DNA from: Clostridia bacterium
GTDB taxonomy: Bacteria; Bacillota; Clostridia; Oscillospirales; CAG-272
Assembly (NCBI GenBank): GCA_017646745.1
Contig: JAGCLY010000033.1
Span: forward strand, 274-64,273
Reading direction: 5' to 3'
Length of the DNA: 64,000 nt
Notes under the pieces: model-generated
Databases searched by the model: none
Told to the model about the DNA's origin: nothing
The model's input: only the letters and a program-made list of their open reading frames with translations
In this document: positions 30,005 through 42,272 of the stretch, in pieces
How the letters are laid out: each line of letters begins with the position of its first letter
Position numbering within the stretch: the first letter of the stretch is position 1
Position numbers and translations under genes: made by a program

Positions 30005-30763
30005 TTATATACGCATCATAAGTTCTTTTGCAACGGCAGCATACTCCAAAGAGCCCTTGCCATAGGGATCATGATAACAAATGGGCTCACCGTAGCCTGG
30101 TGCTTCGGAAATTCTTACTGTTCTGGAAATCGGAACCTTAAAGAGCTTGTCTGCATAATACTTTTTAAGCTCGGCTACAACCTGCCCTGTCAAGGTAAGA
30201 CGGCCGTTATACATTGTAAGAAGTATTCCTACGAGCTGTAAACCGGGATTGTAGAGCGATTTGATCTTTTTTACGGTATTAAGGAGCTGAGACATACCTT
30301 CAAGCGAGTAAAATTCGCACTGCATAGGTATTACTACACCGTCAGACACGGAAAGAGCCTTTACTGTAAGCATTCCAAGTGACGGAGGACAGTCGATAAA
30401 TATGTAATCATAGTCATCCTTGATAGAATCAAGTGCAATTTGAGTGAAATTAAGATTTTCTATCTCCTGAAGCTCGATTTCTGCTCCTGCAAGCTCGATA
30501 TTAGCGGGAATTACCGACAAATTCTTGAATCTTGTCTTGATTATAGCCTCAGAGATGTCACATCTGCCAATGATAACATCATAAGTAGTGTTTTTGATCT
30601 TGGATTTCTGTAAACCAAGTCCGCTAGTTGCATTTCCCTGGGGATCCATATCGATCATAAGCACTTTTTTGCCTTTATTAGCAATTTGTGCGGATATATT
30701 TACACAGGATGTTGTTTTACCAACTCCACCCTTCTGGTTTGAAAAGGATATTACCTTTGCCAT
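30005..30763 (-). CDS. parA: Chromosome partitioning ATPase ParA/Soj
   Basis: 252 aa with the deviant Walker A NQKGGVGKTTS and ...MIDMDPQGNATSGLG.... Confidence 0.93.
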   Translation of the reverse strand: MAKVISFSNQKGGVGKTTSCVNISAQIANKGKKVLMIDMDPQGNATSGLGLQKSKIKNTTYDVIIGRCDISEAIIKTRFKNLSVIPANIELAGAEIELQEIENLNFTQIALDSIKDDYDYIFIDCPPSLGMLTVKALSVSDGVVIPMQCEFYSLEGMSQLLNTVKKIKSLYNPGLQLVGILLTMYNGRLTLTGQVVAELKKYYADKLFKVPISRTVRISEAPGYGEPICYHDPYGKGSLEYAAVAKELMMRI

Positions 30764-30886
30764 TTTAACCTCCTGATATAAAGATTATTGCTAAAATTAA
30801 TAGCAATTTTATTATTTTACATCCTTATTATACTATAAAATATGCATTTTGTCAATCATTTTCACTAATAATCAGCATTTTTATAT

Positions 30887-30902
30887 TGTTTCACGTGAAA
30901 CA
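30887..30902. promoter_or_regulatory. parS: parS centromere-like site 1
   Basis: TGTTTCACGTGAAACA is a perfect 16-bp palindrome matching the Firmicute parS consensus TGTTNCACGTGAAACA. Confidence 0.88.
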
Positions 30903-30935
30903 ATACATTTTTAGTAATTAAATTTACAACCAATA

Positions 30936-30951
30936 TGTTTCACGTGAAACA
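30936..30951. promoter_or_regulatory. parS: parS centromere-like site 2
   Basis: An identical TGTTTCACGTGAAACA lies 49 bp after site 1. Confidence 0.88.
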
Positions 30952-30982
30952 ATGGTGTTTTCGCTTTAAAAAGTATATCAAA

Positions 30983-30998
30983 TGTTTCACGTGAAACA
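30983..30998. promoter_or_regulatory. parS: parS centromere-like site 3
   Basis: An identical TGTTTCACGTGAAACA lies 47 bp after site 2. Confidence 0.88.
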
Positions 30999-31085
30999 AA
31001 ATAAGTATAATTTTGAATATATCTTGACATTGGGAGGTGAAAATAGTATAATTTATATAGAAAAAACAAAAGGGAACATTATTTG

Positions 31086-31742
31086 ATGTGTGATAGAACA
31101 AAAATAATATTAATTAGGCACGGGCAGAGTATAGGTAACCTTACAAGACGTTTTTTAGGTCATACCGACCTGGATTTATCGGAATTAGGGTATCTTCAGG
31201 CGAAAACCACTGCAGAACATCTGAAAAACGAGAAAATTGACCGTATCTACTCCAGTGATTTGAAAAGAGCGTATAATACCGCACTTCCTCATGCCGAGAT
31301 ACGTAATTTAGAGATTATAACATCGGTTAATCTTCGAGAGGCCTACGCAGGTCAATGGGAAGATATGCTTGTTGATGATATAATTGAGCAGTGGGGTAAG
31401 GATTTTTTCGTTAATCAATGGAAAAACAACTTTGGAAGACATATTTTCCCCGGTGGGGAGAGCGTGGAGCAATCCGGAAATAGATTTTTATCTGAAATTT
31501 TAAGAATAGCGGAAGAAAATACAGGCAAAACTGTTGCTATTTTTGCTCATGCAGCAGTAATTCGTTGCTTTTGGGCATTAATTTCTAATATTTCATTAGA
31601 TAATATTTGCGATCAAGTTCCATTTGCTACGAACGCATCATATTCCATTTGCTACTATGAAAATGGCAAAATTACACCTTTTGAGTATTCAAATGACACA
31701 CATCTTAGTGAGGTAGGAATCACAAAGGTCAGTTTAATTTGA
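31086..31742 (+). CDS. Histidine phosphatase family protein (phosphoglycerate mutase-like)
   Basis: Contains ILIRHGQSIGN (RHG motif) and ...FAHAAVIR (second His). TTG at 31083 is the alternative start. Confidence 0.82.
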   Translation: MCDRTKIILIRHGQSIGNLTRRFLGHTDLDLSELGYLQAKTTAEHLKNEKIDRIYSSDLKRAYNTALPHAEIRNLEIITSVNLREAYAGQWEDMLVDDIIEQWGKDFFVNQWKNNFGRHIFPGGESVEQSGNRFLSEILRIAEENTGKTVAIFAHAAVIRCFWALISNISLDNICDQVPFATNASYSICYYENGKITPFEYSNDTHLSEVGITKVSLI

Positions 31743-31796
31743 AAAACTAAAAATAGAATACAAAATACATTAAAATGTCTAATAAAAATAGAAAAA

Positions 31797-31849
31797 CCGA
31801 TAGATTTTCCTATCCCGAAACAGCAGGGAAGGGAACTATCGGTTTTTTT
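31797..31849. terminator. Long bidirectional hairpin terminator (phosphatase gene / dnaJ)
   Basis: aaaaaccgatag ... ctatcggttttttt has inner tccc/ggga pairing and A/T runs on both sides. Confidence 0.6.
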
Positions 31850-31914
31850 GTTGCTATTTGTTGTAGTTTGTTGTATTTTATTGTGTCTTTTATTTATTGG
31901 TAAAATATACCACT

Positions 31915-33063
31915 TTATTTAAAGAACTTTTTGAAGAATGATTGCTTTTTTAGATTATTATCCTCTCCAAGCGATTCTGCAAATGCAAGAAGAAGATCCT
32001 TTTGCTTAGAGCTGAGGTTTTTTGGGGTTTCTACAGCGACGCTTATAATAAGGTCGCCCTTACGCTTGCTGTTGATATCCGGAATACCCTTGTTTTTAAT
32101 GGTGAATTCTGTTCCGGACTGAGTACCCTCGGGTATTTTAAACTTCTCGCTTCCGCCACCAAGCATTGGAACGTCGATTTCAGCGCCTAAGGTTGCTTCA
32201 GCAAAGCTAACAGGTACCTCGCAGTATATATTGTTGCCCTCACGAGCAAAGATTTTATCCTCTTTAACTCTTACTTCGATTATAAGATCACCGTTGGGGC
32301 CGCCGTTTAATCCTGCCGAGCCTTGTCCTCTGAGAATAATGTTCTGTCTGTCGTCGATGCCGGAGGGGATGTTGACCTCAAGCTTTTTATTGATCTTTAT
32401 ACGACCCTTGCCGTTACAGTTTTTGCAGGGGTTCTTAATAAGCTTTCCTTTGCCTGCGCATCGTGGACAGCTGCGTTGTGACTGCATATAACCCAGCATT
32501 GTTTGCTGTGTAACGTTTATGCGTCCTGTGCCTCGACATTCGGGACATTTTTCTATGTCGGATTCCTTTTCGGCACCGCTGCCGCCACAGTCACCGCAGG
32601 TCTCTATACGTGCAAAGTTGACCTCTTTTTTGCAGCCGAAAGCAGCTTCTTCAAAGGATATGCTGATTCTTGCACCAATATCGTCGCCCTCTACGGGGGC
32701 ATTTGCACGTGAACGAGTTGATCCTCCTCCGCCAAAGAAGGAGGAGAAGATATCTCCTAAATCAAAGTCGCCGCTAAAGCCACCAAAGCCACCAAAACCG
32801 CCGAAGCCTCCTCCTGCGCCACCGGCTGCAGGGTCGAAGGCGTTGTGGCCGAATCTGTCATATTTAGCTCTCTTCTCTGAGTCGGAAAGCACTGCGTAGG
32901 CCTCGTTTACTTCCTTAAATTTCATCTCAGCCTCAGCATTATCAGGGTTCATATCCGGATGATATTTCTTTGCCAGAGAGCGGTATGCCTTTTTAATTTC
33001 GTCCTCGCTTGCGCTTTTTCCTACACCGAGGACTTCGTAGTAATCTCTTTTATTTTCTGCCAT
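31915..33063 (-). CDS. dnaJ: Molecular chaperone DnaJ
   Basis: Contains [13 protein letters not shown], a G/F-rich region and four CxxCxGxG zinc motifs. Confidence 0.96.
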   Translation of the reverse strand: MAENKRDYYEVLGVGKSASEDEIKKAYRSLAKKYHPDMNPDNAEAEMKFKEVNEAYAVLSDSEKRAKYDRFGHNAFDPAAGGAGGGFGGFGGFGGFSGDFDLGDIFSSFFGGGGSTRSRANAPVEGDDIGARISISFEEAAFGCKKEVNFARIETCGDCGGSGAEKESDIEKCPECRGTGRINVTQQTMLGYMQSQRSCPRCAGKGKLIKNPCKNCNGKGRIKINKKLEVNIPSGIDDRQNIILRGQGSAGLNGGPNGDLIIEVRVKEDKIFAREGNNIYCEVPVSFAEATLGAEIDVPMLGGGSEKFKIPEGTQSGTEFTIKNKGIPDINSKRKGDLIISVAVETPKNLSSKQKDLLLAFAESLGEDNNLKKQSFFKKFFK

Positions 33064-33140
33064 ATTACTGCCTTTTGCTTATTAAATGTAATGTATAATT
33101 TACAAAATTAGCCATTTTATATGTTGTGTATATACGATTT

Positions 33141-33177
33141 GTAGGGCGAGCCCACAAAAGTTTCTGGGCCGCCCTAC
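33141..33177 (-). other. GC-rich 13-bp-stem hairpin in the dnaK-dnaJ spacer
   Basis: gtagggcg-agccca...tgggc-cgccctac. No U-tract follows on the minus strand. Confidence 0.5.
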
Positions 33178-33236
33178 GTTATTGATTGATTAAATCAAGA
33201 TGTTCTTGTTGGTTGAATTCAGCTTAATGAGAGTAA

Positions 33237-35135
<1,899 letters not shown>

Positions 35136-35666
35136 TTAATTTGCGGTTTTTACCATTGCAAATCTGACTATGTGTTTTCCTTTTTTGTATCCCTTCTGGA
35201 ATACCTCAACGATCTCACCCTCGCCGTATGCATCGTCGTCAATGTGAAAAACAGCGTTGTGAATATTGGGGTCGAAGGTTTCGCCAACCTTGCCGTATTC
35301 CTCTACACCAAGCTTTTCAAATATAGACGAAGCTGTTTTTGCAATGAGAACAAGCCCCTCGAGGATCTTATCGCCCTCGGTAAAGCCTGCCGCCCTGTCC
35401 AGGTTATCAATGATAGGAAGCAACTCCTTTACGGTATCCGCAAGCGCTGTCTCGTATATTGCGTCCTTTTCCTCTCTGGAGCGACGTCTGAAGTTGTCGT
35501 ACTCGGCTGCCATTCGAAGATATTTGTCCTCGGTTTCTGCAACCTTAGCCTTAAGCTCCTCTATTTCAGCGAGCAGTTTTTTGTCATTTTTACTCGCTTT
35601 TTTATCCTTTTTTTCCTGATTTACCGCTTCCTCTGCGGTTTCGGGAATCTTGATGCTTTCTTCCAC
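35136..35666 (-). CDS. grpE: Nucleotide exchange factor GrpE
   Basis: 176 aa containing ...YLRMAAEYDNFRRRS...FDPNIHNAV.... It lies between hrcA and dnaK. Confidence 0.93.
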   Translation of the reverse strand: MEESIKIPETAEEAVNQEKKDKKASKNDKKLLAEIEELKAKVAETEDKYLRMAAEYDNFRRRSREEKDAIYETALADTVKELLPIIDNLDRAAGFTEGDKILEGLVLIAKTASSIFEKLGVEEYGKVGETFDPNIHNAVFHIDDDAYGEGEIVEVFQKGYKKGKHIVRFAMVKTAN

Positions 35667-35702
35667 GTCAAAAATCCTTTCGGTTAAGTCTTATTTTATG
35701 AA

Positions 35703-36767
35703 TTAATATTCGTCGTGTCCCGGCGGGAGCAGGGATTCGCTGAACATTTTGTCTATTCCGGTTGCCAGACCGTTGAGCATTTCGATAACCTTAGAGTAAT
35801 TCATACGCTTAGGTCCGATAACACCGACCGCCAGCTGCTTGCCACCGATATTTACCTTCTTGAAGATAAGTGCTGTATTTCTCATGGCGTCCGACTGATC
35901 CTCTGTTCCAATGTATACGTGAATATCGTTATCCTCAGAGGTTTCTCGTGAAATAACGTCGAGGAATTTTTCCTTTTCCTCTAGCATTCCGAGCAGGTTT
36001 CTGAAGTCGGATATATCCGAATATTCAGGATATTGCAGAAGCTTTGTTATTCCCTCCAGCTTTACGTCTGCGGTGTCAAGCTCGTTCATGGTTTCGTATA
36101 TTGCCTTCACCGTAGGGTGAACAATGGCGCCCGCCGAGCCCATGATAGCCTCAAGCTTCATAATGGTTGGCATTGTTATGCTGTCGCTGGGGAGATTTAC
36201 AAGGTAAATGTTAAGCGCCTCGGTAAATCTGCGCAGTGTATCCTCGCTGAGAGTGAAGGGGAGATGCACCGTCTTGGTTTTCACAATATCACCCTCAAAG
36301 GTCATAACGAGAATAAAATCTCTGCCCGAGAGCAGAACGCTCTTAAACTGAACGATCCTTACCTTGCCGATGCCGGGCTTGAATGCGATGCCGGTGTAAT
36401 CGGTAAATGAGGATGCAAGTCTTGATACCTCGGCGAGAATCTCATCCATCTCGGTAAGCTTATACCTTAAGGTTTCGTTTATCTCGTCTATCTCGGCACG
36501 GGTGTCGGAGTATTGACGTACAAGAGCGTCAACGTAATATCGGTATGCCAGCTCTGATGGAACTCGGCCGGCCGACGTGTGGGGCTGTAAAAGATATCCC
36601 ATCTCCTCCAGCTCCGCCATCTCGTTACGAATAGTAGCGGGGGAACAGGAAATATTGTCGTCCTGTGAAAGGTATTTAGAGCCGACGGGCTCGCCGCCTG
36701 CGATATGAGCGTCGACTATTGCTTTAAGTATTTGCATTTTTCTCGGCGTAAGTCGTGAATCATTCAT
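35703..36767 (-). CDS. hrcA: Heat-inducible transcription repressor HrcA
   Basis: 354 aa starting LTPRKMQILKAIVDAHIAGGEPVGSKYL. A CIRCE operator lies immediately upstream. Confidence 0.94.
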   Translation of the reverse strand: MNDSRLTPRKMQILKAIVDAHIAGGEPVGSKYLSQDDNISCSPATIRNEMAELEEMGYLLQPHTSAGRVPSELAYRYYVDALVRQYSDTRAEIDEINETLRYKLTEMDEILAEVSRLASSFTDYTGIAFKPGIGKVRIVQFKSVLLSGRDFILVMTFEGDIVKTKTVHLPFTLSEDTLRRFTEALNIYLVNLPSDSITMPTIMKLEAIMGSAGAIVHPTVKAIYETMNELDTADVKLEGITKLLQYPEYSDISDFRNLLGMLEEKEKFLDVISRETSEDNDIHVYIGTEDQSDAMRNTALIFKKVNIGGKQLAVGVIGPKRMNYSKVIEMLNGLATGIDKMFSESLLPPGHDEY

Positions 36768-36791
36768 TTTAATACCCTTTCTTCTTGAATT

Positions 36792-36818
36792 TTAGCACTT
36801 GATAGGTTAGAGTGCTAA
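36792..36818. promoter_or_regulatory. CIRCE operator (HrcA binding site)
   Basis: TTAGCACTT-N9-GAGTGCTAA matches the consensus TTAGCACTC-N9-GAGTGCTAA at 17 of 18 positions. It lies between the promoter and the hrcA start. Confidence 0.92.
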
Positions 36819-36831
36819 ATCTTACGTATAT

Positions 36832-36860
36832 AATATACCCGATTTACCTGGTTAAGTCAA
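36832..36860 (-). promoter_or_regulatory. SigA-type promoter of the hrcA-grpE-dnaK-dnaJ operon
   Basis: On the minus strand, TTGACT-17 nt-TATATT lies just upstream of CIRCE. Confidence 0.6.
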
Positions 36861-37028
36861 GAACTTTTATTGATTATTTTATGAATTTTTTGTTAACATT
36901 GAGCAAAAACCGTCAACAAGTGCTAAAAAATCAGCCTGTAAAAAAATCAAAAGCTGTATAGTGAATGATAAATAAAGCAAATAATGGGTAAATTTACCTT
37001 TAGTTAATTTCTTTTATTAATTTTTATC

Positions 37029-37057
37029 TTGACTTTGTAACAAATGTATTATATAAT
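37029..37057 (+). promoter_or_regulatory. SigA-type promoter upstream of rny
   Basis: TTGACT-17 nt-TATAAT, about 100 nt upstream of the rny start. Confidence 0.55.
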
Positions 37058-37155
37058 TATATACGTATGAGTGTGCGATGACGACCGCGTGCCATATTAA
37101 AAAGAATAACTTAGTGTATATAGATTACGAAAAAGTAATCAGAAGGAGGTGCAAA

Positions 37156-38706
37156 TTGATAGAGCTTAACATTGTTGTATTTATAGCTTTGATTGCAGCC
37201 GCACTCGTTGTCGGCTTGGTAATTGGATTTATAATTCGCAAGATGGGCGCCGAAAAGAAGATCGGTTCTGCTGAAGAGCAGGCAAAGAAAATTCTTGAGG
37301 ATGCTATCAAAAATGCGGAAAACGCAAAGAAAGAATCTATAATTTCCGCGAAGGAAGAAATCTTCCAGCTCAAAAAAGAGGCTGATCGCGATATCAATGA
37401 GCGTCGTAAGGAGGTTTCCAGACAGGAGCGTAGAAACACCCAGAAGGAAGAAGCCCTTGACGCAAAGCTTGAGAAGATCGAAAAGAAAGAGGCTCTGCTT
37501 GCTGAAAAGCTTGCTGACGCCGACAAGACCCGTGAGGAAGTAAGTAAAACCCTGCAGGGACAGCTTGCAATGCTTGAAAAGATTGCAGGTCTTACCAGCG
37601 AGGAGGCTAAGGCAGAGCTTGTTGCCCGCCTTGACTCTGAGATGCAGCACGAAACTGCGCTTAAGATCGCAGAGTATGAGGAGAGATTTAAGGACGAGGC
37701 CGATAACAAGGCTCGTGACATTCTTTCTCTCGCAATTCAGCGCTTCGCCGCTGACCACGTAAGCGAGATCGCCATCTCTGTTGTAGAGATTCCCGGTGAT
37801 GAAATGAAGGGTAGAATTATCGGTCGTGAGGGTAGAAATATCCGTACTATCGAAAATCTTACCGGTGTTGAGCTTATTATTGACGATACTCCCGACGTTA
37901 TCACCGTTTCCGGCTTTGATCCGGTTAGACGTGAGGTTGCGAGAATCGCTCTTGAAAAGCTTATCAGCGACGGCCGTATCCATCCCGCAAGAATTGAGGA
38001 GATGGTTGAGAAGGCTCGCCGTGACGTTGATCTTGAAATTAAGAAGGCCGGCGAGAAGGCTATCTTCGAAACCGGTGTTCACGGACTTCACCCCGAGCTT
38101 ATTAAGCTCCTTGGCCGTATGAAGTACCGTACCTCTTACGGTCAGAACGCACTTCGCCATTCCATAGAGGTTTCTATGCTGGCAGGTGTTATTGCCGAGG
38201 AGATGGGTGTTGACTCTACCCAGGCTCGCAGAGCTGGTCTTCTCCACGATATCGGTAAGGCTGTTACCGCTGAGGTTGACGGATCTCACGTTCAGCTCGG
38301 TGTTGATATCGCTACTAAGTACCGTGAGAACAAGGATATTATCCACGCTATTCAGGCGCATCATAATGATATCGAGCCCAAGACTGCTCTTGATTTCATT
38401 ATCCAGGCTGCAGACGCTATCAGCGCTGCAAGACCCGGCGCACGTCGTGAGGATGTGGAGAACTACATTAAGCGTCTTCAGAAGCTTGAGGAGGTTGCAG
38501 GTGATTTCGAGGGTGTAGAAAAGACCTTCGCAATCCAGGCCGGCCGTGAGGTTAGAATCATGGTTAAGCCCGAGGTTATCTCCGACGACAAGATGAAGAT
38601 CCTTGCAAGAGATATTGCTAAGAAGATCGAGGATTCGCTTGACTATCCCGGTCAGATTAAGGTATCTGTTATCCGTGAATCCCGCCACGTGGACTACGCA
38701 AAATAA
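37156..38706 (+). CDS. rny: Ribonuclease Y
   Basis: Has an N-terminal TM, a coiled coil, the KH motif [12 protein letters not shown] and the HD motif LLHDIGK. I prefer TTG at 37156, 6 nt after AGGAGG; the ORF-track ATG at 37078 adds an unlikely N-terminal extension. Confidence 0.93.
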   Translation: MIELNIVVFIALIAAALVVGLVIGFIIRKMGAEKKIGSAEEQAKKILEDAIKNAENAKKESIISAKEEIFQLKKEADRDINERRKEVSRQERRNTQKEEALDAKLEKIEKKEALLAEKLADADKTREEVSKTLQGQLAMLEKIAGLTSEEAKAELVARLDSEMQHETALKIAEYEERFKDEADNKARDILSLAIQRFAADHVSEIAISVVEIPGDEMKGRIIGREGRNIRTIENLTGVELIIDDTPDVITVSGFDPVRREVARIALEKLISDGRIHPARIEEMVEKARRDVDLEIKKAGEKAIFETGVHGLHPELIKLLGRMKYRTSYGQNALRHSIEVSMLAGVIAEEMGVDSTQARRAGLLHDIGKAVTAEVDGSHVQLGVDIATKYRENKDIIHAIQAHHNDIEPKTALDFIIQAADAISAARPGARREDVENYIKRLQKLEEVAGDFEGVEKTFAIQAGREVRIMVKPEVISDDKMKILARDIAKKIEDSLDYPGQIKVSVIRESRHVDYAK

Positions 38707-38824
38707 TATCGCTTAATAAAACAATATTTTATAACGCTTATGCGTAAAAATTGGACTGTTGCGGAAGCGTGACAGTCCAATTAAATATTATACCCGCCGA
38801 TGCGGGATAGAAAAGAGAAAAAAC

Positions 38825-39598
38825 TTGAAAATACTCGTTATCGGAGATGTTACAAGTCCGTCCGGAATTGAGCATCTTAAAAGAAATCTCTGGAAATTCA
38901 GAGAGGCAAACAAAATTGATTTCTGCGTGGTGAATGGAGAAAACGCATCCTTTGTCACCGGTATTTCGGCAGAGCTTGCCGAGGTTTTGCTCCGTGCAGG
39001 TGCAGATTGCATTACGGGCGGAAATCATACCCTCCGCAACAGACGTGCCTATACCTATCTTGACGATACCGCCGAGATACTTCGTCCAATTAATTTCGGT
39101 GAGGATGCTCCGGGCAGGGGCTATACCATACTCGATTGCTGTGGCTACCGTATGCTTGTTATCAATGCGTTGGGCAGGGTCAATATGAATCCCACCCTTG
39201 ATTCACCCTTTACGCATATTGACAGGCTGCTTCGTGACGAGGCGGGGAACTATGACTTTGCGATCCTCGACATTCATGCCGAGGCTACGGGCGAGAAGCT
39301 TGCCGTAGGCTACGCCTATGACGGCAAAATTAATATCGTTTTCGGTACTCATACTCACGTTCAGACGGCTGACGGCAAGATTTTGCCTTGTGGAACCGGA
39401 TATATCAGCGACGTTGGAATGTGCGGTGAGAGCGAGGGCATTCTCGGTATGGATCCTGAGATTGTTGTACTTCGTATGCGCTCCAATCTGCCCCACAGCT
39501 TTAAGGCGGCGGCAGGTAAGTGCCACGCTGACGGAGTAATCTTTACGCTTGATAATTCTACCGGCAGAGTTACTGAGGTAGAACCTATCGGATTTTAA
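38825..39598 (+). CDS. ymdB: TIGR00282/YmdB-family metallophosphoesterase
   Basis: Contains LKILVIGDV...VVNGENA...GGNH...GTHTHVQTAD. It shows the conserved rny-ymdB pairing. The start is uncertain: TTG at 38825 or ATG at 38759. Confidence 0.85.
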   Translation: MKILVIGDVTSPSGIEHLKRNLWKFREANKIDFCVVNGENASFVTGISAELAEVLLRAGADCITGGNHTLRNRRAYTYLDDTAEILRPINFGEDAPGRGYTILDCCGYRMLVINALGRVNMNPTLDSPFTHIDRLLRDEAGNYDFAILDIHAEATGEKLAVGYAYDGKINIVFGTHTHVQTADGKILPCGTGYISDVGMCGESEGILGMDPEIVVLRMRSNLPHSFKAAAGKCHADGVIFTLDNSTGRVTEVEPIGF

Positions 39599-39631
39599 TT
39601 TTGACAAAAAACTGTAGAAAGGTTGGAGAAA

Positions 39632-41506
39632 ATGGAGCTTAAAACCAGAGTTGCCGTTATCGGCGCAGGTCATGCGGGAATAGAAGCTGCGCTTGCATCT
39701 GCAAGAATGGGAATCGATACAATACTTTTTACCACCAACCTTGATGCGGTTGGAAATATGCCCTGCAACCCTTCTATCGGTGGCAGTGCAAAGGGACATC
39801 TTGTTTTTGAAATTGATGCCCTCGGTGGCGAGATGGGCTATGCGGCCGACCTTGCTACCATACAGTCACGTACGCTTAATCTTGGTAAGGGTGCCGCTGT
39901 TCATTCAAAGCGTGTCCAGGCGGATAGAGCTGAGTATAAAAGACAGATGAAGCGTACACTTGAGGGCGAGAAAAATCTCCGCCTTATTCAGGCTGAAATT
40001 GTCGATATTCTTACCGAGGATGTAGACGGCAGGCCTCAGGTCTCGGGTGTTGTAACCGCACTTGGCGAGATCTGGAGCGCAAGCCGTGTGGTTATCGCTA
40101 CCGGTACATTCCTTGACAGCAAGATTTTTGTCGGTGACAAGGTGTTTTCCTCGGGACCCGACGGACTTATGCCTGCGGTTGGACTTTCGGATTCTCTTCG
40201 CAGACTCGGTCTTACGCTTCAGCGCTTTAAGACGGGTACACCTGCCAGAGTACATCTGCGCTCGGTTGACATTTCCTCTCTTGAGGTTCAGGAGGGCGAG
40301 GACGAGCCTGTTCCTTATTCCGTAAGGACAGAGAAACGCCCTGTAAATGAGGTTAATCTCCGCCCTTGTCATATAGTTTATACCAACAAGGATACCCATA
40401 GCATTATTCTCTCCAATCTTGAGAGAAGCGCTATGTATTCGGGAAATATAACAGGTGAGGGACCGAGATACTGTCCCTCTATTGAAACCAAGCTGGTTCG
40501 CTTTGCCGATAAGGAAAGGCATCAGCTCTTTGTCGAGCCCTGCGGTCTTGATACCGATGAGCTTTATATTCAGGGCTTCTCCACCTCTATGCCCACCGAC
40601 GTGCAGTATGAGATGCTTCACAGCCTTCAGGGCTTTGATAAGGCTGAAATTATGCGCTATGCCTACGCTATCGAGTATGATTGCGCAGATCCCACCGAGA
40701 TGTATCCTACCCTTGAGTTTAAGGCGGTTGGCGGTCTTTACGGTGCAGGTCAGTTTAACGGCACCTCGGGTTATGAGGAGGCGGCCGCCCAGGGACTTGT
40801 GGCAGGTATTAATGCGGCTCTTGCAGAGCGAGGTGACGAGCCTATGATTCTATCACGATCGTCTTCTTATATTGGTACACTTGTAGATGATCTTGTTACC
40901 AAGGGCGCTGCCGAGCCTTACCGTATGATGACATCAAGAAGCGAGTACAGATTACTTCTCCGCCAGGATAACGCTGATGAGCGACTTACCGAAATCGGCC
41001 ACAGAGTCGGTCTTATCGGTGATGATAGATATGATCGCTTCCTTGAAAAGCAGGCGATGATCGCCGATGAGATAAAAAGACTTGAGAAGACCGTAGTTCC
41101 GCCCTCTGAGGCAAATAATGTGCTTCTCCGTTCTCTCGGTTCAGCGGAAATTACCACCGGCGCAAAGCTTGCCGAGCTGCTTCGCCGTCCCGAGCTCTCT
41201 TATTCTGCAATCTTCGGTCTTGATCCCGATAGACCATGCCTTCCCTCTGCGGTTGTAAGAACTGCCGAAATTAAGGTGAAGTATCAGGGATATATCAAGC
41301 GTGAGCTCGCTGAGGTCGAAAGACAAAAGAAGCTTGAGGATAAAAGGTTGCCCGCCGACATAGACTATAAGAAAATAGTCGGCCTTCGTCTTGAGTCGGC
41401 AGAAAAGCTTGATAAGATCCGCCCTATGAACATCGGTCAGGCATCCCGCATCAGCGGAGTTAATCCTGCGGATATAAGCGTGTTGCTTATCTATCTCGGC
41501 AAGTAA
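39632..41506 (+). CDS. mnmG: tRNA uridine 5-carboxymethylaminomethyl modification enzyme MnmG (GidA)
   Basis: Contains the FAD motif VIGAGHAGIEAA, plus ...GPRYCPSIE... and ...GQASRISGVNPADI.... ATG at 39632 is preferred; TTG at 39623 is the alternative. Confidence 0.95.
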   Translation: MELKTRVAVIGAGHAGIEAALASARMGIDTILFTTNLDAVGNMPCNPSIGGSAKGHLVFEIDALGGEMGYAADLATIQSRTLNLGKGAAVHSKRVQADRAEYKRQMKRTLEGEKNLRLIQAEIVDILTEDVDGRPQVSGVVTALGEIWSASRVVIATGTFLDSKIFVGDKVFSSGPDGLMPAVGLSDSLRRLGLTLQRFKTGTPARVHLRSVDISSLEVQEGEDEPVPYSVRTEKRPVNEVNLRPCHIVYTNKDTHSIILSNLERSAMYSGNITGEGPRYCPSIETKLVRFADKERHQLFVEPCGLDTDELYIQGFSTSMPTDVQYEMLHSLQGFDKAEIMRYAYAIEYDCADPTEMYPTLEFKAVGGLYGAGQFNGTSGYEEAAAQGLVAGINAALAERGDEPMILSRSSSYIGTLVDDLVTKGAAEPYRMMTSRSEYRLLLRQDNADERLTEIGHRVGLIGDDRYDRFLEKQAMIADEIKRLEKTVVPPSEANNVLLRSLGSAEITTGAKLAELLRRPELSYSAIFGLDPDRPCLPSAVVRTAEIKVKYQGYIKRELAEVERQKKLEDKRLPADIDYKKIVGLRLESAEKLDKIRPMNIGQASRISGVNPADISVLLIYLGK

Positions 41507-41516
41507 AGGAGTAAAA

Positions 41517-42221
41517 ATGAAGGAACAGCATATCAGAACCGAAATGATGCTCGGCACCGACGGTGTAAACCGCCTTGCGGCTGCGAGAGTGGCTGTATTT
41601 GGCGTTGGAGGTGTTGGCGGCTATGCGGCCGAGGCCCTTGCGAGAGCAGGTGTGGGACATATTACCCTGGTAGACTCCGACCGTGTTTCGGTCTCCAACA
41701 TAAACAGACAGATTATTGCTACTCACGATACAGTCGGTATGTATAAGACCGAGGCTATGCGGGAACGTATTCTGTCCATTAATCCCGATGCACAGGTGGT
41801 GTGCCATAGCGTGTTTTTTGATAAGGATAATAAGGATATCTTTGATTTTAATTCTTATGACTACGTTATTGATGCTATAGATTCACTTTCGGCTAAGATT
41901 GAGCTTATTGCATCGGCTCACGAATCCACGGCGCAGATCATCTCAGCTATGGGTGCGGGAAATAAGCTTGATCCCACTCGTTTTCAGGTAGCCGATATAT
42001 CCAAAACTACCGTTTGTCCCCTTGCTCGTGCGGTGAGAATTGCTCTTCGCAAGAGAGGAATCAACCATCTTAAGGTGGTTTATTCTACCGAGCTTCCTGC
42101 CGTGACTCCGGAGGTGGGCGACGAAAACAAGCGCCGTGTTCCCGGCAGTGTGTCCTTTGTTCCCTCGGTAATGGGGCTTATCCTCGCCGGCGAGGTAATA
42201 AAGGATGTTGCTTTAAAATAG
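41517..42221 (+). CDS. tcdA: tRNA threonylcarbamoyladenosine dehydratase (ThiF/TcdA family)
   Basis: 234 aa containing VAVFGVGGVGGYAAEALARAGVG..LVDSD.V..SNINRQ. Confidence 0.85.
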   Translation: MKEQHIRTEMMLGTDGVNRLAAARVAVFGVGGVGGYAAEALARAGVGHITLVDSDRVSVSNINRQIIATHDTVGMYKTEAMRERILSINPDAQVVCHSVFFDKDNKDIFDFNSYDYVIDAIDSLSAKIELIASAHESTAQIISAMGAGNKLDPTRFQVADISKTTVCPLARAVRIALRKRGINHLKVVYSTELPAVTPEVGDENKRRVPGSVSFVPSVMGLILAGEVIKDVALK

Positions 42222-42228
42222 TTTTTAT

Positions 42229-42272
42229 AAAAAAAGCCTCTCACAGATCAAGGTCTGTAAGAGGCTTTTTTT
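42229..42272. terminator. Bidirectional terminator (tcdA / TVP38 gene)
   Basis: aaaaaagcctctcacaga...tctgtaagaggcttttttt has an 11-bp stem with one mismatch and A/T runs on both sides. Confidence 0.75.

Noticed and set aside
29999-30241. 80-aa plus-strand ORF at the 3' end of parA
   Set aside because: It is antisense to parA with no RBS and a Cys-rich nonsense-like translation. Any plus-strand transcript here is more likely non-coding.
37111-38688. 525-aa minus-strand ORF antisense to rny
   Set aside because: It is an antisense codon-bias artefact. rny on the plus strand has KH and HD motifs.
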